Of a stretch of DNA of 64,000 nucleotides, positions 34,693-46,867 are shown in pieces. Origin of the DNA: Balamuthia mandrillaris (lineage: Eukaryota); the NCBI GenBank assembly GCA_031835245.2, contig JAVKOQ020000003.1, positions 372,001 through 436,000 of the forward strand, written 5' to 3'. A model generated the notes under the pieces. It saw only the letters and a program-made list of their open reading frames with translations. It was not told where the DNA came from and did no database searches. A program made the translations under genes and the position numbers. How positions within the stretch are numbered: the first letter of the stretch is position 1; each line of letters begins with the position of its first letter.

Positions 34693-37600
34693 TCATTTAG
34701 CACGATCCAACAGTTTGACAATCTCAGAGAATGTTGGTCTGAAGAATGTGGGTTAGAATAAGGAGCGAAGAAGAAAAAGCACCAGTATGAAAAGCATACC
34801 GTTCATCGGGATCCGTTGCAAAGCATTGTTCCATGACCTGCTGAAGGACAGCGGGACAAGCATCGGCCTTCGTGCTTTCCAGCTTATGCCCTTTCAGGAC
34901 CGCCACAGCAGCCTCCACAGACGACATTCCAGGGTAAGGCTCCGCTCCTTGGTTCGTCAACTCCCAGAGCGTCACTCCATAACCTTTGGGGTTGAGTGTT
35001 TAGGTTAGAAGGCGAACACACAGAAAGGGAGGCAAGAAAGAATGAAACGACAAGCAAGAGAAAGAAGGAACGTACTCCAGACATCAGTCTTTTCGGAGTA
35101 CTGGTTGCTTTCAAGGCACTCTGGAGCTATCCTGTATTTTTGTTTAAAAAAAGGTGTTATAAGACACGCTTTGATGAAGTAATGGAGGTGATCTTACTCA
35201 CCATTTCAAAGGCATGGGGGTGTCCTCCTCGAATTTGCCATCTTTCAACTTGCTCTGCTTCAGCGCCAACCCAAAGTCTGCGTTCAACAAAAGGCACAAG
35301 TCAGACAAAAAAAGATTTCGAAACGAAATAAAAAGACAAAAACACTAACCAGAGACTTTGATGGTCAAGTCCTTGCCCAGCAACAGGTTACGAGCAGCCA
35401 AGTCTCGATGGGTGATGCCCTCCGCGTGCAAATGGCTCATTCCTGCCGCGATCTCTCTCGCCATTCTCACCAATGTCTTCTTATCCTTCGCCACCAGTTT
35501 GCCTTCTTTGCTGCGCAAGAAGTGACGGAGGTCTCCTCTGGGCAAGAACTCAGTGACAAGGCAGAAGGGATGTCCTTCTTCCATGCACACTCCCATCAAC
35601 AAGACCACGTTAGCGTGTGGACGTAACCGTCTGTTGAGTTGTTCGAATGGAATTGAATGTGAGGAAAGGAGAGGAGAAGAGAAGTGAAGAGAGTGATGAA
35701 GAGAAGAGAAGATAGCAGAAGAGAACAGAAGAGAAAGAGGAGAAGAAAGTACTTCATCAATTCTACTTCAGCTTGGAATGCTTCCACGTCGGACTTGGAT
35801 TGCAAACGCAACAACTAACCCCAATGCAAGGAAGAAACGTAAGACATAAAAAGAAGAATAAGCAGCAGAACGGAAAAGAACCTGTTTGATGGCCACTTCA
35901 CTGTCTCTCCATGATCCTTTCCACACCACTCCAAATGCTCTGCGCGCACCAAAGAGTAAGAAAGCAAGAAGAAAAGCAGCAAAGAAAAAGAAAAAGAAAA
36001 ACAAGAACAAAAACAAAAACGAGAAACAAGGCAACCAACCCTTTGCCAATCTCCTTCTCAAACTCCATCTCGTCAAAAGGAATCTCCCATGCGATCTGCA
36101 CTCCTCCTCTCTCCTTTCTGCCTCCTCCTTCATTCTTGCCTCCTCTCTTGTTGGTGCTGTTCTTGATCACATCCGACTTGTAGCCATACAGTTCCTCGCC
36201 ATCCTCATAACTGCTCTCCAAGTCCCTCTCTCGCATCGCCAAGCTGCGTCGCTGCTTCTTTCTTCTGACCAGGAAGAAGCCCACCACCACAGCCACAATG
36301 ACCACCAAGGCCAACACTGACAACGGCACCGCCACATACACTCCGGTCAAATCGCTTCCGCTTCCTCCTCCGCCTCCACTTTTGTTTTCATCATCCTCCG
36401 AATTGGAAGAAGAGCCTTCGTCAGGGAAGTTTTGGTTGGGCCGAAGAAGGATTAGCTCTCCGGTTTGAACGTTCACCACCGCACGAAGAGAGTCCGTGGC
36501 TTCAAAGCTGTTTGTGGTTGAACTGTTACAGGCCATCGTCATTCGAAAGCTTTCTTCCTCAGCCCACACACTCAAGCTGAAGTTGAAGACCTTGGGCACT
36601 TCTGTTGTCAGCTGTCCCATAACGCATCGCACTTGTTGCAGGTCTTCTTCTTGAACAAGTGGAGAACAAAACTCTGGTCCCACAAAACTGCTGCTTCCGG
36701 TGGCTGAAGAAGAAAGGAAGGTTCCGTGAGAGAATGTCATGGTGCAACTCACATCCTCTGCCCAAGAAGGACCACCGCTCTTCATCTCCATCATGAACTC
36801 CAATTCTTCTTTTGGTTTTTCTTCTTCTTCTTCTTCTTCTTCTTCTTCTTGCCGTTTGGTGTTGGAAGAGGAAGAAGAAGAAGGAGGATTCAACCACAAA
36901 GGACTGATGGAAAGAGAGTTGCACAAGGTGTTGACTATCAGAGGAGCTTCTCCTCTCTCCGTCCACACTCCCAGTTCATCCTTACATTCTACTGCCACCA
37001 TTCTTGTCACTTCTTCTTCGGGAAGCAAGGAAGCATCCAAGAGAACAGCCAGTTTGATGGAGCGACTGCCAGGAAGCACGTTCAATGGCTGGTCCAGGTT
37101 GCATTGCACTTGGCTGCTGCCTTCTTCTCCGTTGCTGGAGGTGATGTTGCAGCCCATGACTTGGGGATCATTGGCCAGAGAGACGCCTTTGGGAAGAGTC
37201 CACCGGCAGACGGTGCCTAGAGAGGAGGAAGGTCCTTGGTTGTTGATGGTGGCTCCCAGTTGCAACTCTTTTCCTGCTGTTCCTTCTTTTGATGCTTTAC
37301 AAACCCAACACAAACAATACCTTAGCAATGAGCGTTGAAGGGAAGACAATAAAGAAAGAAAGAAAGAAACGACAAGAAAGAAAGAAAGAGGAGGGATGAG
37401 GGTACCGATGGCAACACTGAGGTTCATTTCCACGTGATCCATGGAGAAGGAAAACGTGTCTGAGCCCACCACCTCAAACGAAAGCGTCTCCGAGGCGATC
37501 AACCCGCCGCACTCCAACAACTCCACCTGGAATCCTCCTCTATGTGAGGGGTGAGGGATCAGCGCCACACCTTCGGCCACGTTCAAGCTCGCATCAACAT

Positions 37601-38565
37601 CCACCACACTGTAATAGGAGCACTTCAGGATGCTGTTGCCGCTATCCCCTTCGATGGCACAACCGGCAGGCAAAGGGGTGACCCAGGTGGCAGCCCCTGC
37701 AGGAGAGACCTGGAGCCTGCAGGCCCCAGATCTCTGCACAGAGGGTCCTCTGTTGGTCACTACGGCCAGGAACTGAAACTCTTGCTCCGCCTGGCCCGGC
37801 ACAAAGGAGGAGGCAGGAGAGAGCTCATCCACTCGGGAGAAGGTCGCATCGAGGGAGTAGCGGGGCTGACCCATGGCTATGTTGGAGCGGTATGTATCGT
37901 CGCTATCAAACACGAAGCCGTACTTGATGCCGGAGGCATCGGGCGGGGTGTGCATGGTTCTGTTGAAGACGGCCTGCGAACCGGCCGTACCGGACAACCA
38001 GCATAGTTCTTCGTTGCCACTGAAGCCGCAGTTCATGCTGGCCACGCTGTTGCCTTCTCCTGGCACGGCTGCCAAATAAACAAGATGAGATAAAAGATGA
38101 GAAAGGTGAAGGGAAGAGAAGGAAACGAGGAAGAGAAGAGAAGAGAAGGAACAATGAATAGAAGGAAACGAGGAAGAGAAAAGTAGGGGAGAGTAGAGAA
38201 AAGGGTGTTGAAAAAAAAAAACAAAACTTAAACAAAAGAACAGTAAAACTTCTTTAAGAGAAGAACAGAAAAAAACAAAACAAAACAAAACGTCGCTTAC
38301 TTTCTACCGTCCAGCCTTCGCCATAAATGTTGAAAGGCTGTTGGTTCCGCACTATAAAGTCAGAAAACCTAACCAGGTACCCGCTCCCGTCGTAGTCGAA
38401 CGGAATGGTGACGATCATGTTGAAGGGAAGGCCAGGGGTGGGAGGGTCGGGATGCCAATAGTAGTCGGCATCGGGATATTGCCCGTTGCAACAGCAAGCA
38501 GAGAGCAACAAGGACAGAGCCACCAGCAAGCTCAAACGGGTGGAACAGCGCCAGGCCAACAACAT
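34693..38565 (-). CDS. Single-pass receptor tyrosine-kinase-like protein, paralog K2 (long ectodomain)
   Basis: Signal peptide MLLAWRCS..; three NxGPS-type modules (TNRGPS, NNQGPS, KSGGPS); TM segment; GKGAFG, VAIKQ, HRDLAARN, DFG, MPLKWIAPE. Confidence 0.9.
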
Positions 38566-38945
38566 TTTCCCCAATTGTAATGCAGTTGTTGTTTGTTTCT
38601 TCTTCCAGCAGTTTTTTTTTTTTAAAAAAAAAAAAAGAATGAACCTTCGGAAGAGATAAAAGGAGCTCGCTGGTTTTTCCGCGAGCAAAGCCTTGCTAGG
38701 ACTCGTGTTTTAGGGTCATTATTCAGGTTGTTTTTACCTAACACCATACTATTGGACCATTTATTATAACGACGATGGCCCTATATTGGTTGCACATCAA
38801 TCATGTAAAACTCCTATAATGAATTGCGTTGTTTGACGATCGTCCACTCGCAAACGTTCAGGTTCGCTTCCCCTTGCGAACCAAGCACTACAAAACGTAC
38901 AGGTTTTTATCTTGATAGAAGAACAAGAAGAACATTTGGCGGGCC

Positions 38946-39233
38946 ATGTGGACGGGAAGAGGCATTCTTTTGCTAAGTTGGTGCTGTTTGTTTGGCAGTT
39001 TCGTGGGGGTGGCTCGCCCTCAGTTCTTGGCCTACATAGAGACCATCCCGGAGGCTCCCTTTTTGGTTGGCAGCGTCTTCACGGTGGTGTACCATTTGAA
39101 CCTTGAATCCGGCGTGAACGGGGTTCTAAGTTTTAACTTAGATGAGGGTGCCACTTACATTCCTGGCTCTTGTTACGTCTCTCTCTCTCTCTCTCTCTCT
39201 CTCTAACTCTCTCTCGTCCTTTCTCTTTCTCTC

Positions 39234-39281
<48 letters not shown>

Positions 39282-41567
39282 CCTTTCTCTCTTCCTTTTA
39301 TTATACTTGACTTTTTCGAATGTTTGGATGGTATTCTTATTTTTTTGGTTAAAACAGTAACGAGTGTTGGGCCTCCAGAGTTGGATTGCAGCGAAGCTGG
39401 AGCGCAGTGCGCTTTCTCCGGAAGCTACACAGGCCCAGCCACGGTCTCTAGAACCCTCCAGAACAGGCCCGACACCACCTACATCGCTCTCTGGTACAGC
39501 ACCATGGAACAACCAAGCGCCATTTACAACATCAACTCGGAGTACAGAGTAGCTTTGGAGGCTTCTTTGTCGAGCGCTTCTCCTTCTTCTTTTGAGCCAG
39601 GCGAGGTGCTTTCGTTCTCTGCCAACATGAGCAATAGCGGACCCTCACAAACCGGCCATGGCTATTGTTTGTTCGGGATTGAGCCAAAGGAGGCCGGCCT
39701 GTGGGTGGAAGACGAACTGCCGGGATCATGTCAGCTCTTGGACGAGGCAAGCCCTGAAGTGATGTTATGTTCATTCTCGGGCATTCCTGCAAACGATACT
39801 GGTATGGATTCTGTAGACCCTTTTCATCAGTTGGGTTCTATACCTGTTTTAGTTTTCTGATAGTACTTTTTCTTCAAACTCTTTGCAGTGGAATTCATGT
39901 CCGGTTTGAAGCTAGCGACGGACTTTTTCTTCCCTTCAAACCTGACCGTCTCTCTCAGCGGCTGCACTCCATGGTACTCAACAATGAACATCTTGGAGAT
40001 GAACTACACCGACGCCGTCCAACACTTTACGGTCATTCCATCGCCTCCCTCCTCTCAATCCACTTCTTCCTCTTCTGCTTCAGAGAGCGATAGAGAAGAA
40101 GACGGAGGAGACGATGAAGACAAGACGCCAATCATCGCAGGAGCATCCGTTGGTGGAGGCTTGTTGCTCCTCCTCGTCGTGTTTGCAGTTGTTGCAGCTT
40201 TCGTCATATGGCAACGAAGAGGTTCAAGGTCCAGAAACCGTTTCAAGGATCAAAGAGACCTTGAAAACGGGGTGGAGGACTTGTACGAGATGAAGAAAGA
40301 CTTTGTAGCTCCGTCTGCCGGTACTGAGAAAGGCGTGAGACAAGGTAGAGTGGATACCTTGGATCAAGGCATGAGCTGGGAGATAGCATGGCAGGATCTT
40401 GAATTTGCAGAGAAACTTGGAGAAGGGTATTCTTCAGCTTTTCTTCTATTCTTTTGTTATTATTCTTATCTGCTTCTTTCTTCTTTTCTGTTCTCTCCCC
40501 TCACGATTAGGGCATTCGGAACGGTATGGAGAGGATTGTGGAGAAACAGCGAAGTGGCCATCAAACAGGTGTCCGGTCTTGGATCTGAGAAAAGTCTTGA
40601 AGCCTTTAAAGCTGAGGTCGAACTCATGAAGTATGTTTTAACTTTTCTCTTGCTTTCGATCTCGTTTGGTTTCTTGTTTCTTATCCTCATCTATGCTCTT
40701 TCTTCTCGTTACAAATCTTAGACGGTTACGCCCGCACGCCAACGTGGTGCTCTTGATGGGAGTGTGCATGGAAGAAGGCCATCCCTTCTGCCTTGTCACC
40801 GAGTTCTTGCCCAAAGGAGACCTCTTGCGCTTTCTTCAAAGCAAAGAGGGCAAAAAAGCAATGAAAGATGAGAAAACCCTCTTGAGAATGGCGAGAGAGA
40901 TCGCAGCAGGAATGAGCCATTTGCACGCGGAAGGCATCACCCATCGGGACTTGGCTGCTCGCAACCTGTTGCTGGGCAAAGACTTGACCATCAAAGTTTC
41001 TGGTTTGCATCTCTTTCGTTGCTTCCCTCTCTTCTGTGACCTGCCTTCTTATCGCTGTTCCGTTTAGATTTTGGTTTGGCCCACAAGCAGGAAAAGGGAG
41101 GGGAGGAGGAAAGACAACTGGATGAGGATGCTCAGGTGCCAGTCAAATGGTTGCACTCTTCTTTTTATTGCTTCCTCCTGGCTCTTGTCCTTCGTGGTTA
41201 CTGACCCTTTGTGCTCTCTTCAGGTTGGCCCCAGAGGTTCTCAAGTCAAACACTTATGGTCCTGCTGCTGATGTTTGGAGTACGTTTTTCTTTATTCAAC
41301 TTTGTTGTCCTTTTCATATTCCTAACTCTCCTATCAACAAAAGGCTATGGGGTGATCCTTTGGGAACTGGCCAACCTGGGAATGGAGCCTTATCCCGGAA
41401 TGAGCATGGAAGAAGCCAGCTTGGCCGTGCTGGACGGTCAACATCCCGACATTCCCTCTTCCCTCCCTTCCATCCTGCAAGACATCATGGAGGAGTGTTT
41501 TGCTGCAGACCCTGAAGAGAGACCCTCTTTTGCTTCCATTGTAAAACAGCTCAAGCGCAAAGACTAA
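38946..41567 (+). CDS. Single-pass receptor tyrosine-kinase-like protein, paralog K3
   Basis: Signal peptide, SNSGPS module, TM segment, GEGAFG, VAIKQ, HRDLAARN, DFG, VPVKWLAPE. Confidence 0.9.
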
Positions 41568-41863
41568 CAGAAGAAAATTCTTGTTTCCGTTCGGGTGCAG
41601 CTGCTCTCAATTTGTTAAACTCATTAACGCAAGTGGTATCCTGCTTCCTCTTCGCGGAACATGCCTCCACCGAACCGCAACCTAGCGTAGGACAGTTTTT
41701 GGCTTTTGTTTTTTTTTGCTATAGTATTAATTATATAATTAATGAGCGCTTATTTTTTTGTTCTACTTTCTGATAACTACAACAACAACGTGCCGACTGG
41801 ATACCGTTTGGCTAAGCCGGTCAAAGCCGTTTATTTATTTTGGGTTGTTCTCCAAGCACGAGC

Positions 41864-44663
41864 ATGCGAGTAACAAGAAGCAGGAGGTCGTCGTTGCCGC
41901 TGTTGGTTTGTTGTTGTTGGTGGCTCTGCTTGGGCGGGTGGAGGATTGGAGGAGCGCAGGCAGCATTCGTGGAGAGCATCAGGACGGACCCGGTGCAACC
42001 GTTTCTGGTGGGGAGCAACTTTACGGTGGAGTATGACCTGAACTTGCAAGCTGGCGTGCAGGGACACATTTCCTTTGTGCTGGACCAAGGCGCGGTTTAC
42101 CGCCCCGGCTCTTGTATCGTTCTCCTTTGTTTTTTATTACTATTGTTGTTGTTTGAACTTACTTTCTTTTTGCCAACCTACAGTGACGAAGGTGTTTGGC
42201 CCGCCCGACTTGGAATGCCTGGCCAACGAGGAGGCTTGCGTTTATTGGGCAGGGTCCTACTCTGGACCAGCAAGAGTCTCTCGTGCCCTCCAAAACCTTC
42301 CTGACGTAACTTCGGTTACTCTTTGGTATGGTCACCCTGAAGGAAGCAGCATATATAGAGTTGTTTCCGAGTATAGGGTCTCTTTGGAAGCTTCCATGTG
42401 GAGCAGCAGCCATGCTTCAGCGTCATCATTTGAACAAGGAGAGGTGTTGGAGTTCTCAGCAAACATGACGAACGAGGGACCCTCCAACGCGAGCTTTGGA
42501 ACATGTTTGATGGCCGTGGAGCCAGAAGGCGCTGGTGTATGGGTGGAGGGGGAACTGTCACCTTCTTGCCAGATGCTCAGCGAACAGTTGGTTCAGTGCA
42601 CCTTCGAGAATATTCCTGCAAGTTCTTCCGGTTTGCTTCTTCGCTCCTATATTGTTTCTTTCTTGATTCTGGTCGTTACTTGCTTTTTTTTTCGTTCTTC
42701 GCTCACGCTTCTTTCGGTGCTTCCATTTCGTTTGGTTCTCGTCTTCCTGTTCGTTTTACTGACCAATCCGACTGTACAGTGGAATTCGTGTCTGGTTTGA
42801 AGTTGGCCACCAACTTTTTCTTTCCATCGGACTTGACTGTCTCCCTCTTCAACTGCTCCGCTGTCTGGTACACGTCCATGCGAATCATAGGAATGAACTA
42901 CACCCATGAGACTCAACATTTCAATGTCATTCCATCTCCTTCCCAATCTACTTCTTCCTCTTCTTCCTCGTCTGCAGCTTCATCACAAGAATATAGAGGA
43001 GATCGTGAAGAAGAAAGCGAAGATAAAACGCCGGTCATCGCAGGAGCTTCGGTTGGTGGAGTGGTGTTGTTGCTTTTGTTGTTGGCAGTTTCAATTGCCG
43101 CGTTCACCGTTTGGAAGCAGAGAAAGCGCAGAAACCGTTTCACGGATCAACGAGACCTTGAAAACGGGGCGGAGGATGTGTACGCGATGAAGAAAGACTT
43201 TGTGGCATCCTCCACTAGTCGTGAGATGAAGGTAAGAGTAGATAGAACACATTCTTTGGATAACGAAGGAATGAGTTGGGAGATCAGTTGGCGAGAACTA
43301 GAGTTAGCAGAGCAAATTGGGGACGGGTATTGTAATCTTTATTACCTTCCTGTCTCTCTTTATGACGTATTTGTTGCTTGTATTCTCTTCGTTACTCTTT
43401 CTCTTCTCACGACCTGCATTCTGTTATGAAAGAGCCTTTGGAACTGTGTGGAGAGGCCATTGGAGAAACAGCGAAGTAGCCATCAAACAGGTAACGTGTG
43501 CTTGTCTGACCCATCATCAATATCTTACTTGTTCTCTCCCTCCTCTCGTTTGCTCGCTTGATCTCTATCCCTTTCGGTCATTACGATAGTTATCTGGACT
43601 AGAATCAGAGAAAAGTGTTGAAGCATTTAAAGCTGAAGTCGAACTCATGAAGTATGTTATACTCTACATTCTTGATGGCCACTTCTGTTTGTCTCCATGC
43701 TCCCTGCATATCTTTCTTCTCATCCGACAAATAACAATTCAGACGGCTACGACCACATGCCAACGTGGTGCTCTTGATGGGTGCGTGCATGGAAGAAGGC
43801 CATCCCTTCTGCCTTGTCACCGAGTTCTTGCCCAAAGGAGACCTCTTGCGCTTTCTTCAAAGCAAAGAGGGCAAAAAAGCAATGAAAGATGAGAAAACCC
43901 TCTTGAGAATGGCGAGAGAGATCGCAGCAGGAATGAGCCATTTGCACGCGGAAGGCATCACCCATCGGGACTTGGCTGCTCGCAATCTGTTGTTGGGCAA
44001 AGACTTGACCATCAAAGTTTCTGGTTTGTATCTCTTTCGTTTCTTCCTTCTCTTGGTTTTTTTACCTGTTGAAGCTCTTGTTCTTGGTCGCTTCTCATCG
44101 TTTAAGTTCTTTTCTCCGCTCCGTTCAGATTTTGGTTTGGCCCACAAGCAGGAAAAGGGAGGGGAGGAGGAAAGACAACTGGATGAGGATGCTCAGGTGC
44201 CAGTCAAATGGTTGCGCTCTTCTTTTTATTGCTTCCTCCTGGCTCTTGTCCTTCGTGGTTACTGATCCTTTGTGCTCTCTTCAGGTTGGCCCCAGAGGTT
44301 CTCAAGTCAAACACTTATGGTCCTGCTGCTGATGTTTGGAGTACGTTTTCCTTTATTCAACGTATCCCATCCTTCTTCTTAGTTAAACTCTTATTCAATT
44401 GTTATCTTCATTTTTCCAAAACAACCAAACGAAAACAAGGCTATGGGGTAACACTTTGGGAGATGGCCAACTCGGGAATGGAGCCTTATCCCGGAATGAG
44501 CATGGAAGAAGCCAGCTTGGCCGTGTTGGATGGCAAACACCCCGACATTCCCTCTTCCCTCCCTTCCATCCTGCAAAACATCATGGAGGAGTGTTTTGCT
44601 GTAGATCCTGAAGAGAGACCCTCTTTTGCTTCCATTGTCAACCGGCTGAAACGCGGCGACTGA
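41864..44663 (+). CDS. Single-pass receptor tyrosine-kinase-like protein, paralog K4
   Basis: Signal peptide, TNEGPS module, TM segment and full kinase motifs; tandem with K3. Confidence 0.9.
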
Positions 44664-45186
44664 ACTCATTGAGGCGTGTACTATAACAGAAAGGCAATCT
44701 TACCTGTCGAAAGGTAACTAAATGAAGAAAACAAACCGAAACAATTATTTTCGATCATCCTCCCTGTAACTGATTCTCATGTCGTTGAAATGTTGTTCTG
44801 CCCGTGCTGGAATAGAGACGAGTTCAAGGTTTGACGCCCGGAAGCCTTTTATCGGACCTTTAGTTGAACTTTTTTAAAAAAAAACAAACAAAAACACAGC
44901 AGCACCTCACTCGGCGGAACAGCTGGCAATGCAGCACCTTCCTCGACAAATTTTATTTCGCAAAATTGACATATCAGAAAATATCTCCGATATATTGAAC
45001 ATATTATACATTAATCAATTATCCAAAAGGTTAAACAGTTTTATTCAATTCTATTCAATTTTTTTAATATTATGACCCAAAATATTTTGACAGGGAAACT
45101 GCCAATTAATTTATGAAAAAGCGAAAAAAAAAAAGAAGAAAGAAAAAAGAGAATAAACAACGACAGCAAGCACCGCGCGCGCACGA

Positions 45187-45770
45187 ATGGAGCACTACGA
45201 ACCACAGGAGAGGCTGCAGGACATCATTGGACGCCGCCGGGAACAACAAACACAGCAGACTCAGGGCGCCATCACGGCGCCCAACCGCTCCTGGCTGTCC
45301 GTCAAGTGGTTGCAATGGCAGATTGTCACCAGCCAATACATGCTCTTCCCCTTTGAACGCTTTGTGCTGAGTACGTTGTTGTCCTCTTCTTCTTCTTCTT
45401 CTTCTTCTTCTTCTTCTTCTTCTTCTTCTTCTTCTTCTTCTTCTTCTTCTTCTTTCTTCGGGCGCCTTCTTCCGTTCCGGAATTTTTCGTTCTCTTCTTC
45501 TCTCTTCTTCTTGTTCTTGTTCTTCTTCTTCTTGTTCTTCTTGTTCTTCTCCTTCTTGTTCTTGTTCTTGTTCTTCTTCTTCTTGTTCTTCTTCTTCTTC
45601 TTCTTCTTCTTCTGCTTCTTCTTCTTCTTCTCTCCTATCTATTTAATAGGAGTTCACTTACCCGCGCCTTCCTTCTCCATTTCAACCGTTGCGCAGATGT
45701 GTTCATATTCTCCATAATGGGGCTCGCCTTGTACAGAGTCATCACCTTTGCTGCCTCCCTGTTCGCCTGA
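45187..45770 (+). CDS. Serine palmitoyltransferase small-subunit-like protein, copy A (intron about 45371-45696)
   Basis: Spliced WLQWQIVTSQYMLFPFERFVLNVFIFSIMGLALY resembles the ssSPT motif Y-M-L-E-P-W-E followed by one TM helix. Confidence 0.65.
45384..45630 (+). repeat. Intronic (CTT)n/(CTTGTT)n microsatellite
   Basis: Seen directly. Confidence 0.9.
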
Positions 45771-45799
45771 AGAACAAGAATAAAACAAACTTTCCTTCC

Positions 45800-46018
45800 G
45801 CTCTCTCTCCTCTCCTCTCCTCTCCTCTCCTCTCCTCTCCTCCTCTCCTCTCCTCTCCTCTCCTCTTTGTGGCACAGCCGGTCTACCCAGTGGTGAGTTA
45901 CTTATTTGGAAAGAAACACAACAGAGGAGAGGAGAGAGGAGGCTGAGAACTCCTCCTTGCTTGGATTGCGAAAAGAGAGAGAGAGAAGAGAGAAGAAGAG
46001 AGAGAGCAAAACAAGCCC

Positions 46019-46063
<45 letters not shown>

Positions 46064-46180
46064 ATAGGAGCTTGTCGCAAGCAGAAGAAAAAGAAGAAGA
46101 AAGAAGAGCAAGAGCAAGAGCAAGAGCAAGAGCAAGAGCAAGAGCAAGAGCAAGAGCAAGAGCAAGAGCAACAACAACAA
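45800..46180. repeat. Intergenic microsatellite mosaic: (CTCTC)n, (GA)n, (AGAGCA)n
   Basis: Seen directly. Confidence 0.9.
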
Positions 46181-46867
46181 GGAGAGGAAGGCATTGCCCA
46201 AAACCGACGCTACGCCCCAAAACGAGTGGCCGAATCGGGTTTTTCCGCAGTCGGTTGCCTTTTGACTGGATAGATGCGATGCAGGGCCTAAAGGGGGTAA
46301 TAGGAGGGTTGTTTAGGCTTCGTCCGTTCCAACGTGACCAGAAAATGCCGGCACTTTCCAAACGAATTCTAAAAACTCCAACTGGGACACGATGGAGACC
46401 GAAAATTTCTCCGTTTGCATGGACGCCCGGACAGCTCGAATCGAGTCGCATAACCGCCTGTTACTTCAGTCATCACAGGAGCTGTCCACGGAGGGATCCC
46501 TCCGTTTTGGCAGGATTGCGGGGAGACACCCCGCAGACGCGGGCGGGTCTCCATCCTAGGTTTCGAAGGGCATTAGCACCCAACCCACACGGTGGAAATA
46601 AGGAGACCAAGTTTCCTATTGAGAAAACGAACCAATAAAGGGGCCGAAAAACTCTCCATCCGAATTCCTTTCGCCCTTCTTCCTTCCGTTTTATTCTCCT
46701 CGTAATGGCCTCTCTCCAGTCCTTCCTTCCTTTTTTTTTTTTTTATTTTTCTTCAGAAACTTGAAAGCAAAAAATTCGAAACTCGCATAAAACCGCTGAT
46801 CATCATCCTTGGGGGGGGGAAGGAGAACCAAAAAGGAACGCACCAAGAAAGGCACCTTTACAGCGCG

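Noticed and set aside
44821..44876. Hairpin containing GCCTTTTAT, resembling U5 snRNA loop 1
   Set aside because: The loop is not GCCUUUUAC, and there is no proper Sm site or 3' stem-loop.
46429..46487. SECIS-like ATGA...GA stem on the minus strand
   Set aside because: Helix II pairs poorly, there is no apical AA, and no UGA-containing ORF lies upstream on that strand.
45654..46638. ORFs of 225-265 aa across the intergenic region
   Set aside because: Produced largely by stop-free microsatellites (ALALAL/RARARA).
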